In this document: positions 9,291-17,003 of the stretch, one piece after another
Layout: each line of letters opens with the position of its first letter
Position numbering within the stretch: the stretch's first letter is position 1
NCBI GenBank assembly: GCA_041494705.1
Contig: JBGQBI010000006.1
Location: 1 to 32,000 of the forward strand
Origin: Candidatus Methanoperedens sp.
GTDB lineage: Archaea > Halobacteriota > Methanosarcinia > Methanosarcinales > Methanoperedenaceae
DNA: 32,000 nucleotides
Direction: 5' to 3'
Notes under the pieces: model-generated
What the model was told of the DNA's origin: nothing
The model's database searches: none
What the model saw: the letters and a program-made list of their open reading frames with translations, nothing else
Made by a program: the position numbers and the translations under genes

Positions 9291-10661
9291 ATGACAACAA
9301 TATTACCGGAATGCGATATCCCGATACCGCAGCGCCAGCCGCACATTGTATGTCATGAGCCCGGGAACATGATATTGCCCATGTGCAATGTCCAGACAGT
9401 TCCAGGAGACATGACCGAACGCGGCTGCACGTTCGCAGGTTGCAGGGGTGTAGTTGGAGGCCCTGTAAAGGATGCTATCCAGCTTGTACATGGGCCAATT
9501 GGCTGTGCCTATTATACATGGGGCACGCGCAGAAACCTCTCTGACACGAAGTTGCACAGGAAGTACTGCTTCAGTACAGACCTGACAGAAGAAAGTGTAA
9601 TATATGGTGGAGCAAAAAAGCTATACAACTCAATAATAGAATCACATGAACTATTTCCTGAAGGAAAGGCAGTGTTTGTCTATTCTACATGCGTTGTCGG
9701 GCTGATAGGCGACGACACCGAAGCTATATGCAAACAGGCACAGGAAAAGATCGGGATACCGGTCATAGCATTCCACTGCGAAGGTTTCAGGGGAGTCAGC
9801 CAGTCCCTCGGCCATCACATAGCCAACCGTACGCTGTTTGAAAAAGTGGTTGGAACGGCAGAACCGCAAGAGTCCACTCCTTACGATATGTGCATTGTGG
9901 GTGAATTCAACATTGACGGTGATGCCTGGATAGTCAAGCCGCTTTTTGAAAGGATGGGCGTGCGGGTACTTTCTGTATTTACAGGCAACGCCTCTTATAA
10001 TGATATTCCACCCATGCACAGGGCGAAGCTGAATATCGTGCAGTGCCAGAGGTCATCCACCTATATCGCAAAGATGATACAGGACAAGTATGGTGTCCCT
10101 TACATCAACGTGTCCCTGTTCGGCATGAAGCAGACTGCGGACGCGCTTCGTGATGTTGGGAAGTTCTTCCACCTTGAAGAGAATGCAGAAAAAGTGATAG
10201 CAGAAGAGCTTGCAAAGTACCAGCCCAAGATCGACAACTACAGAAAGAAACTCGATGGCAAGAAGTGCTTCATATACCAGGGGGCTCCGCGTGCCTGGCA
10301 CTGGATGGGACCGATGCGGGAGTTAGGTATCGAGACAATTCTCACGGCAACGACGTTCGGTCACAAGGACGATTATGAGAAAATAATGGAGAAGGCAAAG
10401 CCAGGCCATATCTGCATAGACAATCCCAATGCCCTTGAGATTGAGGAATACCTGGTCAAGCTCAAGCCCGATTTCTTTATCGGCGGCTTGAAGGAGAAAT
10501 ACCTGACATACAAGCTCGGTATCCCCTTTATCAACGGTCATTCTTATGAAGAGGGACCCTATGCAGGATTTGAGGGATTCGTGAATTTTGCCAGGGATAT
10601 TGATGTTGCGGTGAACAGCCCTGTGTGGAAGTTCATAAACAAGCCACTGGAGGTGAGTTAG
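9291..10661 (+). CDS. nifD: Nitrogenase MoFe protein alpha chain
   Basis: P-cluster Cys contexts are ERGCTFAGC, GPIGCAYY and YSTCVVGLIGDD. The segment HCEGFRGVSQSLGHHIAN carries the Gln191/His195 equivalents. The FeMo-co ligands are present: Cys in NIVQCQRSSTYI and His in INGHSYEEGPYAGFEGFVNFARD. At 456 aa the protein is compact. Confidence 0.9.
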   Translation: MTTILPECDIPIPQRQPHIVCHEPGNMILPMCNVQTVPGDMTERGCTFAGCRGVVGGPVKDAIQLVHGPIGCAYYTWGTRRNLSDTKLHRKYCFSTDLTEESVIYGGAKKLYNSIIESHELFPEGKAVFVYSTCVVGLIGDDTEAICKQAQEKIGIPVIAFHCEGFRGVSQSLGHHIANRTLFEKVVGTAEPQESTPYDMCIVGEFNIDGDAWIVKPLFERMGVRVLSVFTGNASYNDIPPMHRAKLNIVQCQRSSTYIAKMIQDKYGVPYINVSLFGMKQTADALRDVGKFFHLEENAEKVIAEELAKYQPKIDNYRKKLDGKKCFIYQGAPRAWHWMGPMRELGIETILTATTFGHKDDYEKIMEKAKPGHICIDNPNALEIEEYLVKLKPDFFIGGLKEKYLTYKLGIPFINGHSYEEGPYAGFEGFVNFARDIDVAVNSPVWKFINKPLEVS

Positions 10662-11978
10662 ATGACGAGAAGCGTAACTATCAATCCGCCCAAGATGTGT
10701 CAGCCCATGGGCGCCATACTCGCCTACATGGGAGTACACGGCTGCGTGCCGCTGGTGCACGGCTCTCAGGGATGCAGCACATATCCCCGCTACAATATCG
10801 CACGCCATTTCAGGGAATCAGCAGAAGTTGCAGTTTCATCGCTTGCCGAGGATGCCGCTGTGTACGGTGGAGCCAAGAACCTGACAGAAGCGATAAAGAA
10901 CATCAAGTCCAGGCTGAACCCGGCTGCCATAGGTATCTGTACCACTTGCATGAGCGAGACCATAGGCGACGATGTGAAACTGATAGCAAAGAAAGCGCTG
11001 ACCGATGATACTATGAAGATATTCCCCGCGTCCACGCCAAGCTATGTTGGCACGCATCTCACAGGATATGATAATGCCCTGCGGACGCTTGTGGAAACAC
11101 TGGCAGTCAAGGGTGAGCCAAATAACAAAATAAACATTATCACGGGAATCATCAATCCCGGCGACATCAGGGAGATAAAGAACATGCTGCGCTTAATGAA
11201 TGTGCAGAGCATATTCCTGTCAGATATATCAGAAACGCTGGATTCGCCCATATTGCCTGGCGGGCACAAACCCGTACTGCCTGACGGGGGAACAAGTCTC
11301 GCCGATATCGCAGATTCTGCGAACTCGCTTGGTACAATTGCGATATGCAGGAGCGCAGGTTCGGCGGCTGTGTATCTCAAAAACAAGTTCAACGTGCCTT
11401 CTGTGCTTGACCCTGCGCCCATAGGGGTAGCCAACACGGACAGGTTTGTACAGAATATCTGCAAATTAAGCGGCGCTTCGATCCCTGATGATATCATAAA
11501 GGAGCGTGGGCGCCTGATAGACAGCATGGTGGACGTGCATCATTACATGTACGGAAGGAAGGTTGCCATATTCGGAGACCCAGATATAGTGTCCGCCATC
11601 GTGCGATTCTGCGCTGAAGCAGGAATGAACCCCACTGTGGCGATGACAGCTACAAAGCACAAGGACTTTGCACCTGATATAAAGGCAGTGAACAGCGAAT
11701 ATAAGACCGATACCCAGATACTTGAAGGCACTGACCTATATGAATTCCACGAGGTCGTGAAAACCCATGGGGCAGAACTGATACTTGGCAATTCCAAGGG
11801 CAAGGATATCGCCGATGATGAAGGCGTTCCACTTGTACGCTTCGGATTCCCGGTGTACGACCGCGTTGGCGTGTATCGCTATTCCATAATGGGCTATAAT
11901 GGCTCGATATACCTTCTTGACCAGATTACAAACGCAATCCTCGGACACAAGTATGACCCCGACAAGCTGCACCAGTGA
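10662..11978 (+). CDS. nifK: Nitrogenase MoFe protein beta chain
   Basis: Motifs present are HGSQGCSTY, CTTCMSETIGDD, STPSYVGTHLTGYDN, KERGRLIDSMVDVHHY..GRKVAIFGDPD and VRFGFPVYDR. The ATG directly abuts the nifD stop. The short form (438 aa) lacks a long N-terminal extension. Confidence 0.9.
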   Translation: MTRSVTINPPKMCQPMGAILAYMGVHGCVPLVHGSQGCSTYPRYNIARHFRESAEVAVSSLAEDAAVYGGAKNLTEAIKNIKSRLNPAAIGICTTCMSETIGDDVKLIAKKALTDDTMKIFPASTPSYVGTHLTGYDNALRTLVETLAVKGEPNNKINIITGIINPGDIREIKNMLRLMNVQSIFLSDISETLDSPILPGGHKPVLPDGGTSLADIADSANSLGTIAICRSAGSAAVYLKNKFNVPSVLDPAPIGVANTDRFVQNICKLSGASIPDDIIKERGRLIDSMVDVHHYMYGRKVAIFGDPDIVSAIVRFCAEAGMNPTVAMTATKHKDFAPDIKAVNSEYKTDTQILEGTDLYEFHEVVKTHGAELILGNSKGKDIADDEGVPLVRFGFPVYDRVGVYRYSIMGYNGSIYLLDQITNAILGHKYDPDKLHQ

Positions 11979-11987
11979 GGTGAATAT

Positions 11988-12263
11988 ATGGAATATATAA
12001 CAGGAATAACAGCCTCAGGCGGGAGCTTTACTCCCACCTTTGTGGTGAGAAGCAATATCAACAACTGCGGATGCTGCGGTAAGTGCTTCAAGATATGCGG
12101 GCGCGGAGTGTTTGAATATATCGACCACCCCAATAGCGATGACCTCTGCGGCGCAAAGGTCATGACAGTGGCGCATCCTGAGAACTGCATCGGCTGCGGC
12201 GCATGCGCGCGGGGGTGCCCGAAGAAAAATATTGTGTGCGAGCCGAAGGTCAGGGTTGGGTGA
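11988..12263 (+). CDS. fdxN: 2x[4Fe-4S] ferredoxin, nif-specific ferredoxin III (FdxN)-like
   Basis: Two Cys clusters are present, CGCCGKCFKICGRGVF and NCIGCGACARGCPK, separated by a ~30-aa insert (…KVMTVAHPE…). An N-terminal …FTPTFV… segment also matches my recollection of the FdxN family layout. The start is 9 nt after nifK. Confidence 0.65.
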   Translation: MEYITGITASGGSFTPTFVVRSNINNCGCCGKCFKICGRGVFEYIDHPNSDDLCGAKVMTVAHPENCIGCGACARGCPKKNIVCEPKVRVG

Positions 12264-12311
12264 GATCAGGTAATATGGAACTCACAACGCGAAGTTTGCA
12301 AAAAATATCAA

Positions 12312-12371
12312 CCACAGAGGGCACAGAGTTCACAGAGTGTTTTCTCTCTGTGTCCTCTGTGAACTCTGTGG
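12312..12371. repeat. CACAGAG-periodic hairpin element, copy B (probable bidirectional terminator after fdxN)
   Basis: CCACAGAGgGCACAGAGttCACAGAG, an 8-nt loop, then CTCTGTGtcCTCTGTGaaCTCTGTGG. It is flanked by A6 upstream and T5 downstream (12372-12376). Confidence 0.8.
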
Positions 12372-12401
12372 TTTTTGCAGTATGATAGAGGTTACACAAC
12401 A

Positions 12402-12788
12402 ATGTCCAAAATAAGCCACATCCTCCTGAAAAACCCGGTGGTCGTTCCCACCGGGACAAAACTCAGCGAAGCAGTAGCGCTCCTCAAGAAAAACAGGGTT
12501 ACAAGCCTGCTTGTGAGCAGAAACAACAAGCTTGCAGGCGTGATATCGGTGGTGGATATTGCGTATGGCATGCCTGGTGGAAACAGGGATATTACAGTGG
12601 ATGAAGTGATGCACGCACCTGAAATAACCATCGACTCTGATAAATGGATAACGGACGCTCTGGAAATATTCAGGCGCCATAATATTACTCATGTGGCAGT
12701 TGTAGAAAAGGGAGAGAAGATAGGCATTATTATGGCTGAGGATATACTGCATACGTACAGGTTTAATAAAGAAGGCAGTCACAGATAA
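12402..12788 (+). CDS. CBS domain pair protein
   Basis: Two CBS-like units are present (…PVVVPTGTKLSEAVALLKKNRVTSLLV..NNKLAGVISVVDI… and …PEITIDSDKWITDALEIFRRHNITHVAVVEKGEKIGIIMAEDIL). The start is moved to the Met at 12402 because the track start lies inside the repeat element. Confidence 0.7.
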   Translation: MSKISHILLKNPVVVPTGTKLSEAVALLKKNRVTSLLVSRNNKLAGVISVVDIAYGMPGGNRDITVDEVMHAPEITIDSDKWITDALEIFRRHNITHVAVVEKGEKIGIIMAEDILHTYRFNKEGSHR

Positions 12789-12826
12789 AAAAGAAGTCCA
12801 GCCTGAAAGGCACAAAGAGGTTAAAA

Positions 12827-13288
12827 ATGAGGAGAAAAGATAAAGAAATCACTGATATAAAAGAGATAGAATCCATAATAAGCAGGTGTGATGTTTGCAG
12901 GATTGCTCTTTGTGAAAACAATTCTCCGTATATCGTCCCTGTCAGTTTCGGCTATAAGGATAAGTGCCTGTATTTCCATTCCGCAGCAGATGGCAGGAAA
13001 ATAGATATAATTATGAAAAATAACAGGGTTTGTTTTGAGTTTGATATCCATGAGGGTTTGATAAAATCCCAAAATCCCTGCAACTGGGATATGAAATATC
13101 ACAGCGTTGTAGGGTCTGGCAAAGCGTTTTTTATTGAGGACATTGAGGGAAAAACAAAGGTTCTGAATATTATAACAGGACATTATTCAGGTGACGCATT
13201 TGAATACCAAAAAAATTCAATTGATAATGTGACAGTTATTAAAGTTGAGATTGAAAACATTACCGGAAAAAAATCAGGATATTTATGA
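12827..13288 (+). CDS. Pyridoxamine 5'-phosphate oxidase-family FMN-binding protein (NimA-like)
   Basis: MRRKDKEITD..EIESIISRCDVCRIALCENNSPYIVPVSFGY…LYFHSA..GRKIDIIMKNNRVCFEFD is the typical COG3467/PNPOx-like pattern. Confidence 0.7.
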   Translation: MRRKDKEITDIKEIESIISRCDVCRIALCENNSPYIVPVSFGYKDKCLYFHSAADGRKIDIIMKNNRVCFEFDIHEGLIKSQNPCNWDMKYHSVVGSGKAFFIEDIEGKTKVLNIITGHYSGDAFEYQKNSIDNVTVIKVEIENITGKKSGYL

Positions 13289-13298
13289 GAATAGATTT

Positions 13299-14000
13299 AT
13301 GAGAATCCATTCCCTTGAACACGAACCTTTTGAGGGGCTGGCAAACATCGAAGTATGGGCAAAAAACAAAGGTCACAGCATTTCAAGAACCCTGCTCTTC
13401 AATAACGAAGAACTCCCCGATATCGATGACTTCGACTGGCTGGTCATAATGGGAGGGTCGATGAACATCTACGAGGAAGAAAAATACCCCTGGCTCAGGG
13501 AAGAAAAGAATTTCATTGCCGAAGCGATTGCGTCCAAAAAAATCGTCATGGGGATATGCCTTGGCTCCCAACTGATTGCGGATGTCCTTGGCGGCAGGGT
13601 CAGCAAGAATAGATATAAGGAAATCGGATGGTTACCAGTCTCATTAACCAGAGAAGCAAAAAACTCCCCGGTTTTCAGTACTCTTCCAGGCACATTTACC
13701 GCTTTCCACTGGCATGGCGATACATTCAAAATACCGCCTGGCGCTGCAAGAATGGCTGAAAGTGAAGGATGTGCGAACCAGGCATTTGAGTATGGACGCG
13801 TAATAGGATTGCAGTTCCATATCGAATATTCTATTGATAGCATCAATCTCATGTTACAGAACTGCGCAGATGAGATTGTAGATGGCAAATACATACAGGC
13901 AGCGGATGAAATCGCATCGCATATCAGCAATGTGTATAAAATAAAGGAAATATTGAGCACGCTGCTTGATAATATAGAGAGAGAATATGGCAATTTTTAG
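13299..14000 (+). CDS. Class-I glutamine amidotransferase (GuaA-N-like)
   Basis: The nucleophile elbow is GICLGSQLIA, and the His/Glu pair lies in LQFHIEY. …FHWHGDTF… is also present. The start is set at the Met at 13299 (MRIHSLEHEPFEG), which avoids overlap with the preceding gene. Confidence 0.72.
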   Translation: MRIHSLEHEPFEGLANIEVWAKNKGHSISRTLLFNNEELPDIDDFDWLVIMGGSMNIYEEEKYPWLREEKNFIAEAIASKKIVMGICLGSQLIADVLGGRVSKNRYKEIGWLPVSLTREAKNSPVFSTLPGTFTAFHWHGDTFKIPPGAARMAESEGCANQAFEYGRVIGLQFHIEYSIDSINLMLQNCADEIVDGKYIQAADEIASHISNVYKIKEILSTLLDNIEREYGNF

Positions 14001-14023
14001 ATTTTCCGAAAAGTTTATATCAA

Positions 14024-14051
14024 ATCGTTATGTTTGAGCTAACATAACGAT
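14024..14051. promoter_or_regulatory. ModE-type molybdate-responsive operator (Mo-box) overlapping the modA promoter
   Basis: The perfect palindrome ATCGTTATGTT-TGAGCT-AACATAACGAT has the core CGTTATGT-N8-ACATAACG. This has the same spacing and near-identical half-sites as the E. coli modA operator as I recall it (CGTTATAT-N8-ACATAACG). A TATA-like TTTATAT lies at 14014-20 just upstream, and the modA ATG is at 14083. Confidence 0.6.
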
Positions 14052-14082
14052 GTTCACCTCAAGAGAATTAAGGAGTGAAAAC

Positions 14083-14835
14083 ATGAAAACAAAGAGTTTG
14101 CTAACAATTTTTCTAATTGCTGCAATGATAGCAGCAGTATCGGGTTGTTTATCCGGGAAACCAAACGCTAATAAGCCTGTAGAAATCACGGTTTCAGCAG
14201 CGTCAAGTCTTTCGGACGCATTTAAAGATCTTGGAACAGAGTTTCAGAAAACACATCCTGACGTTAAGATTAATTTTAATTTTGGCGCTTCAGGGACGCT
14301 TGAAAAACAAATAGAACAGGGTGCGCCGGTGGATATATTTGCAGGCGCTTCACAATTGGAAATGGACTCGTTGGACGGAAAAGGATTAATCATCAACGAT
14401 ACAAGAACAAACTTTACCAGAAATAAGCTGGTCATAATTGCACCTTCTAAGTTAACAATCGAAGGGCTTAAAAGCCTTGATAAAATAGCAATATGCAATC
14501 CAAAGACTGCACCCGCGGGACGATATGCCCAGACATTCCTGGAGAATGCGGGGATATACGAGATGATGAAGCCAAAACTTATCTTTGCCGAGAACGTGCG
14601 CCAGGCACTTGATTACGTTGAACGCGGAGAAGTGGATGCAGGGTTTGTTTATTTCTCTGATACTTTAAAAAGTAATATGAGCGTTTCCCCGGTCGATGAT
14701 TCCTTATATCCACTTATAGTATATCCTATAGCAGTCGTAAAGAGCAGCCAGCAACCAGCGATATCCCGACAATTCATCGAATATATCCAGAGCAATGAGG
14801 GACAAACCATTTTACGTAAATATGGTTTTGGATGA
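14083..14835 (+). CDS. modA: Molybdate ABC transporter substrate-binding protein
   Basis: A lipoprotein-like signal MKTKSLLTIFLIAAMIAAVSGC is followed by ITVSAASSLSDAFKDLGTEF…FNFGASGTLEKQIEQGAPVDIFAGAS (ModA signature). The SD AAGGAG lies upstream of the Met at 14083. Confidence 0.88.
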   Translation: MKTKSLLTIFLIAAMIAAVSGCLSGKPNANKPVEITVSAASSLSDAFKDLGTEFQKTHPDVKINFNFGASGTLEKQIEQGAPVDIFAGASQLEMDSLDGKGLIINDTRTNFTRNKLVIIAPSKLTIEGLKSLDKIAICNPKTAPAGRYAQTFLENAGIYEMMKPKLIFAENVRQALDYVERGEVDAGFVYFSDTLKSNMSVSPVDDSLYPLIVYPIAVVKSSQQPAISRQFIEYIQSNEGQTILRKYGFG

Positions 14836-14839
14836 GTAA

Positions 14840-15493
14840 ATGGATTTTTCTCCCCTTGTCCTGTCTCTGTGGGTGTCTGCATTATCAACGTCTATAATCG
14901 CTGTGTTCGGTACATTAATTGCATACGTGCTGGCAAGGAAGCGGTTTTTTGGAAGGACAATGCTGGATGCTTTCACTACGCTTCCCATGATTCTTCCCCC
15001 CACAGTCACAGGATACTATCTTATCATCCTCCTCGGAAGGAATGGAATTATAGGTAATCATATATATAAGCTGACAGGCTGGAGCCTAATGTTCACATGG
15101 CAGGCAGCAGTTATAGCCGCAACCGTAGTTGCAATCCCCATAATGATAAAATCTGCAAAAGCGGCAATTGAATCTGTTAATATTGAGTATGAGAAAGCTG
15201 CATTCACGCTTGGCAAGACTGAAATTGAGACTTTCTTTCTTGTAACCCTGCCGCTTGCAAAAAAAGGATTGATTGCAGGTCTGGTTCTCAGTTTTGCCAG
15301 GGCGCTCGGGGAGTTCGGCGCAACAATAATGGTTGCGGGAAATATCCCGGGGAAAACAAGCACGATGCCTCTTGCCATCTATAGCGCATTCCAGTCGGGT
15401 GAAGACCAGCTTGCTACCACGCTTGTGATTATCCTGACTGCCGTCTCTATAGCTGTAATATATATCACTACCAGAATCAGCAGAGCGGATTAA
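14840..15493 (+). CDS. modB: Molybdate ABC transporter permease
   Basis: It has five TM segments and the EAA loop SFARALGEFGATIMVAGNIPGKT characteristic of ModB. Confidence 0.9.
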   Translation: MDFSPLVLSLWVSALSTSIIAVFGTLIAYVLARKRFFGRTMLDAFTTLPMILPPTVTGYYLIILLGRNGIIGNHIYKLTGWSLMFTWQAAVIAATVVAIPIMIKSAKAAIESVNIEYEKAAFTLGKTEIETFFLVTLPLAKKGLIAGLVLSFARALGEFGATIMVAGNIPGKTSTMPLAIYSAFQSGEDQLATTLVIILTAVSIAVIYITTRISRAD

Positions 15494-15495
15494 TT

Positions 15496-16581
15496 ATGGA
15501 GATACAGGTCAGCATATTCAAAAAATTAACGAACAAGAATTCAAGTGAGTTCACACTGGATGCTGAATTTAAATGCCGCAATGAAATGATTGTTCTTTTC
15601 GGCCCTTCCGGGGCAGGAAAAACATTGACTCTTGACTGCATCGCAGGGCTTGAAGCTCCTGATAAAGGCTGCATAATTGTAAATGGTATTACATATTTTG
15701 ATTCTGAAAAAAGAATCAATATTTCACCACAAAAGAGGAACGTCGGATATCTTTTCCAAGATTATGCTCTTTTTCCACACCTTACAGTTGAAGAAAATAT
15801 TATGTTCGGTTTGCGCTCCAAAAAAGATGCGAAAGAACTTGAGAGGATGCTGGATATTTTCGAAATTCACGGACTTGAGAAAAGGTATCCTTCACAATTG
15901 TCAGGAGGACAGCGCCAGAGGGTTGCACTTGCACGTGCGCTAATAACGCAACCAAAAATACTCCTGCTTGATGAGCCTTTTTCATCTCTCGATTATACTA
16001 CGACGGTTAGACTAAGGCGAGATTTGAAAAAAATCAGGGAAATGATTGAAATACCTATTATTTTGATCACCCACAATCCTGTTGAAGCATATACTATGGC
16101 TGACACTCTCATTGTTTATAGACACGGAGGGATAGAACAGGCAGGGCTGCCAAAAGAAATTTTTAACAAGCCGGGAAGCGAAAATGTGGCAAGACTTGTT
16201 GGAATAAATAATATCTTTAAAGGAAGGGTTTGTAATATCCTCGAATATGAAGTTGTAATCCAGAGCCGGGAAAAAATAATCGCGCCAAAAATACCAGGCT
16301 TGGAAAAAGGTGAAGAAGTTACCTGGTGTATTCGTTCAGACCAGGTAATGGTACTGCGAGAAGATAGGCCCCTTGGAAAAGCCGTGGAAGAAAATATTTT
16401 TTCAGGGAGAATTTCTGAAATAATTCCCAAAGGCATGTCATGTTTATTTTTTATTGAGGGAGATTTTAATCTTGAAATTGAAATGCCGGTACACGCTTTT
16501 GAACGCCTTTGCCTTGGAGTAGGGAAATCAATTAAAGTTTCCTTGAAAAAATCTGCAATACATATAATAAAAGAACGTTAA
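15496..16581 (+). CDS. modC: Molybdate ABC transporter ATP-binding protein with a C-terminal TOBE/Mop-like domain
   Basis: Walker A is GPSGAGKT, the signature is LSGGQRQRVALARAL and Walker B is LLLDEPFSSLD. A ~120-aa C-terminal beta-rich extension follows. Confidence 0.9.
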   Translation: MEIQVSIFKKLTNKNSSEFTLDAEFKCRNEMIVLFGPSGAGKTLTLDCIAGLEAPDKGCIIVNGITYFDSEKRINISPQKRNVGYLFQDYALFPHLTVEENIMFGLRSKKDAKELERMLDIFEIHGLEKRYPSQLSGGQRQRVALARALITQPKILLLDEPFSSLDYTTTVRLRRDLKKIREMIEIPIILITHNPVEAYTMADTLIVYRHGGIEQAGLPKEIFNKPGSENVARLVGINNIFKGRVCNILEYEVVIQSREKIIAPKIPGLEKGEEVTWCIRSDQVMVLREDRPLGKAVEENIFSGRISEIIPKGMSCLFFIEGDFNLEIEMPVHAFERLCLGVGKSIKVSLKKSAIHIIKER

Positions 16582-16709
16582 AAAATAGGAGTGTAATTCT
16601 GGGCAGCCGCAGGTTCGTAAATGCGACCCTCTACCGCCTGCTCGCAGTAGTCCTTGTTATCGCAGGCGCAAAGCTCATACTTGGGTGAACTGGAAGGTTA
16701 AAGATATAT

Positions 16710-16940
16710 TCATTCCGTAGCAGGTTCAATTTGGGGAATCTCTCCAAACTTCTCGATATTATTCAATCCGGGCTGGTTCTCTCTCGCTAATTCCTCCTCC
16801 AGCACCTGTATCGCCCCGCTGATGCGCAGCAGGGTATTTCTCAAATTCGCCTGTTTTATCTCCAGTTCTCCTAGCGTCCTCTGGCCTGAATCGAATTCGG
16901 CCCTGAGTTTTTTGAGGCGCTGCTCCAGTTGTTGTTTCAT
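16710..16940 (-). CDS. Small coiled-coil protein of unknown function, the last gene of the tail-like operon
   Basis: The 76-aa protein is heptad-rich (QQLEQRLKKLRAEFDSGQRTLGELEIKQANLRNTLLRISGAIQVLEEELAR). The SD AAGGAG lies 7 nt upstream, and the start is 63 nt downstream of the tail-collar gene. Confidence 0.5.
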   Translation of the reverse strand: MKQQLEQRLKKLRAEFDSGQRTLGELEIKQANLRNTLLRISGAIQVLEEELARENQPGLNNIEKFGEIPQIEPATE

Positions 16941-17003
16941 ATTAATTCTCCTTTTTTTTACTCTTCAATTTCCTTCAGGCATAATCATCTTTTTCTACCC
17001 GAT

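Noticed and set aside
9191-12371. Possibility that the CACAGAG repeats are a CRISPR array or CRISPR remnant.
   Set aside because: The units are only 9 bp, arranged as two inverted arms of a single hairpin with no unique spacers. The two copies are 3.1 kb apart with genes between them, and there are no cas genes in the window.
12203-12385. 60-aa plus-strand ORF (…TEGTEFTECFLSVSSVNSVVFAV), with its minus-strand counterpart 12250..12459.
   Set aside because: It is a translation of the CACAGAG palindromic repeat element, and its start overlaps the end of the ferredoxin gene. The periodic peptide simply mirrors the 9-bp DNA periodicity.
16600-16660. tRNA-like fragment (GGTTCGTAAAT resembles a T-loop).
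   Set aside because: No acceptor, D or anticodon stems can be drawn around it on either strand.
16582-16709. Candidate small genes or stop-codon read-through in the modC/eCIS convergent gap. On the minus strand this is …YELCACDNKDYCEQAVEGRIYEPAAAQNYTPIF. On the plus strand it is a hydrophobic peptide LGSRRFVNATLYRLLAVVLVIAGAKLILG behind an AGGAG.
   Set aside because: Neither frame has an ATG, GTG or TTG start. The minus-strand frame would need read-through of two different stops (TGA and TAA) from the 76-aa ORF. The plus-strand peptide would need an ATT or CTG start. It is kept only as a remnant note in a finding.
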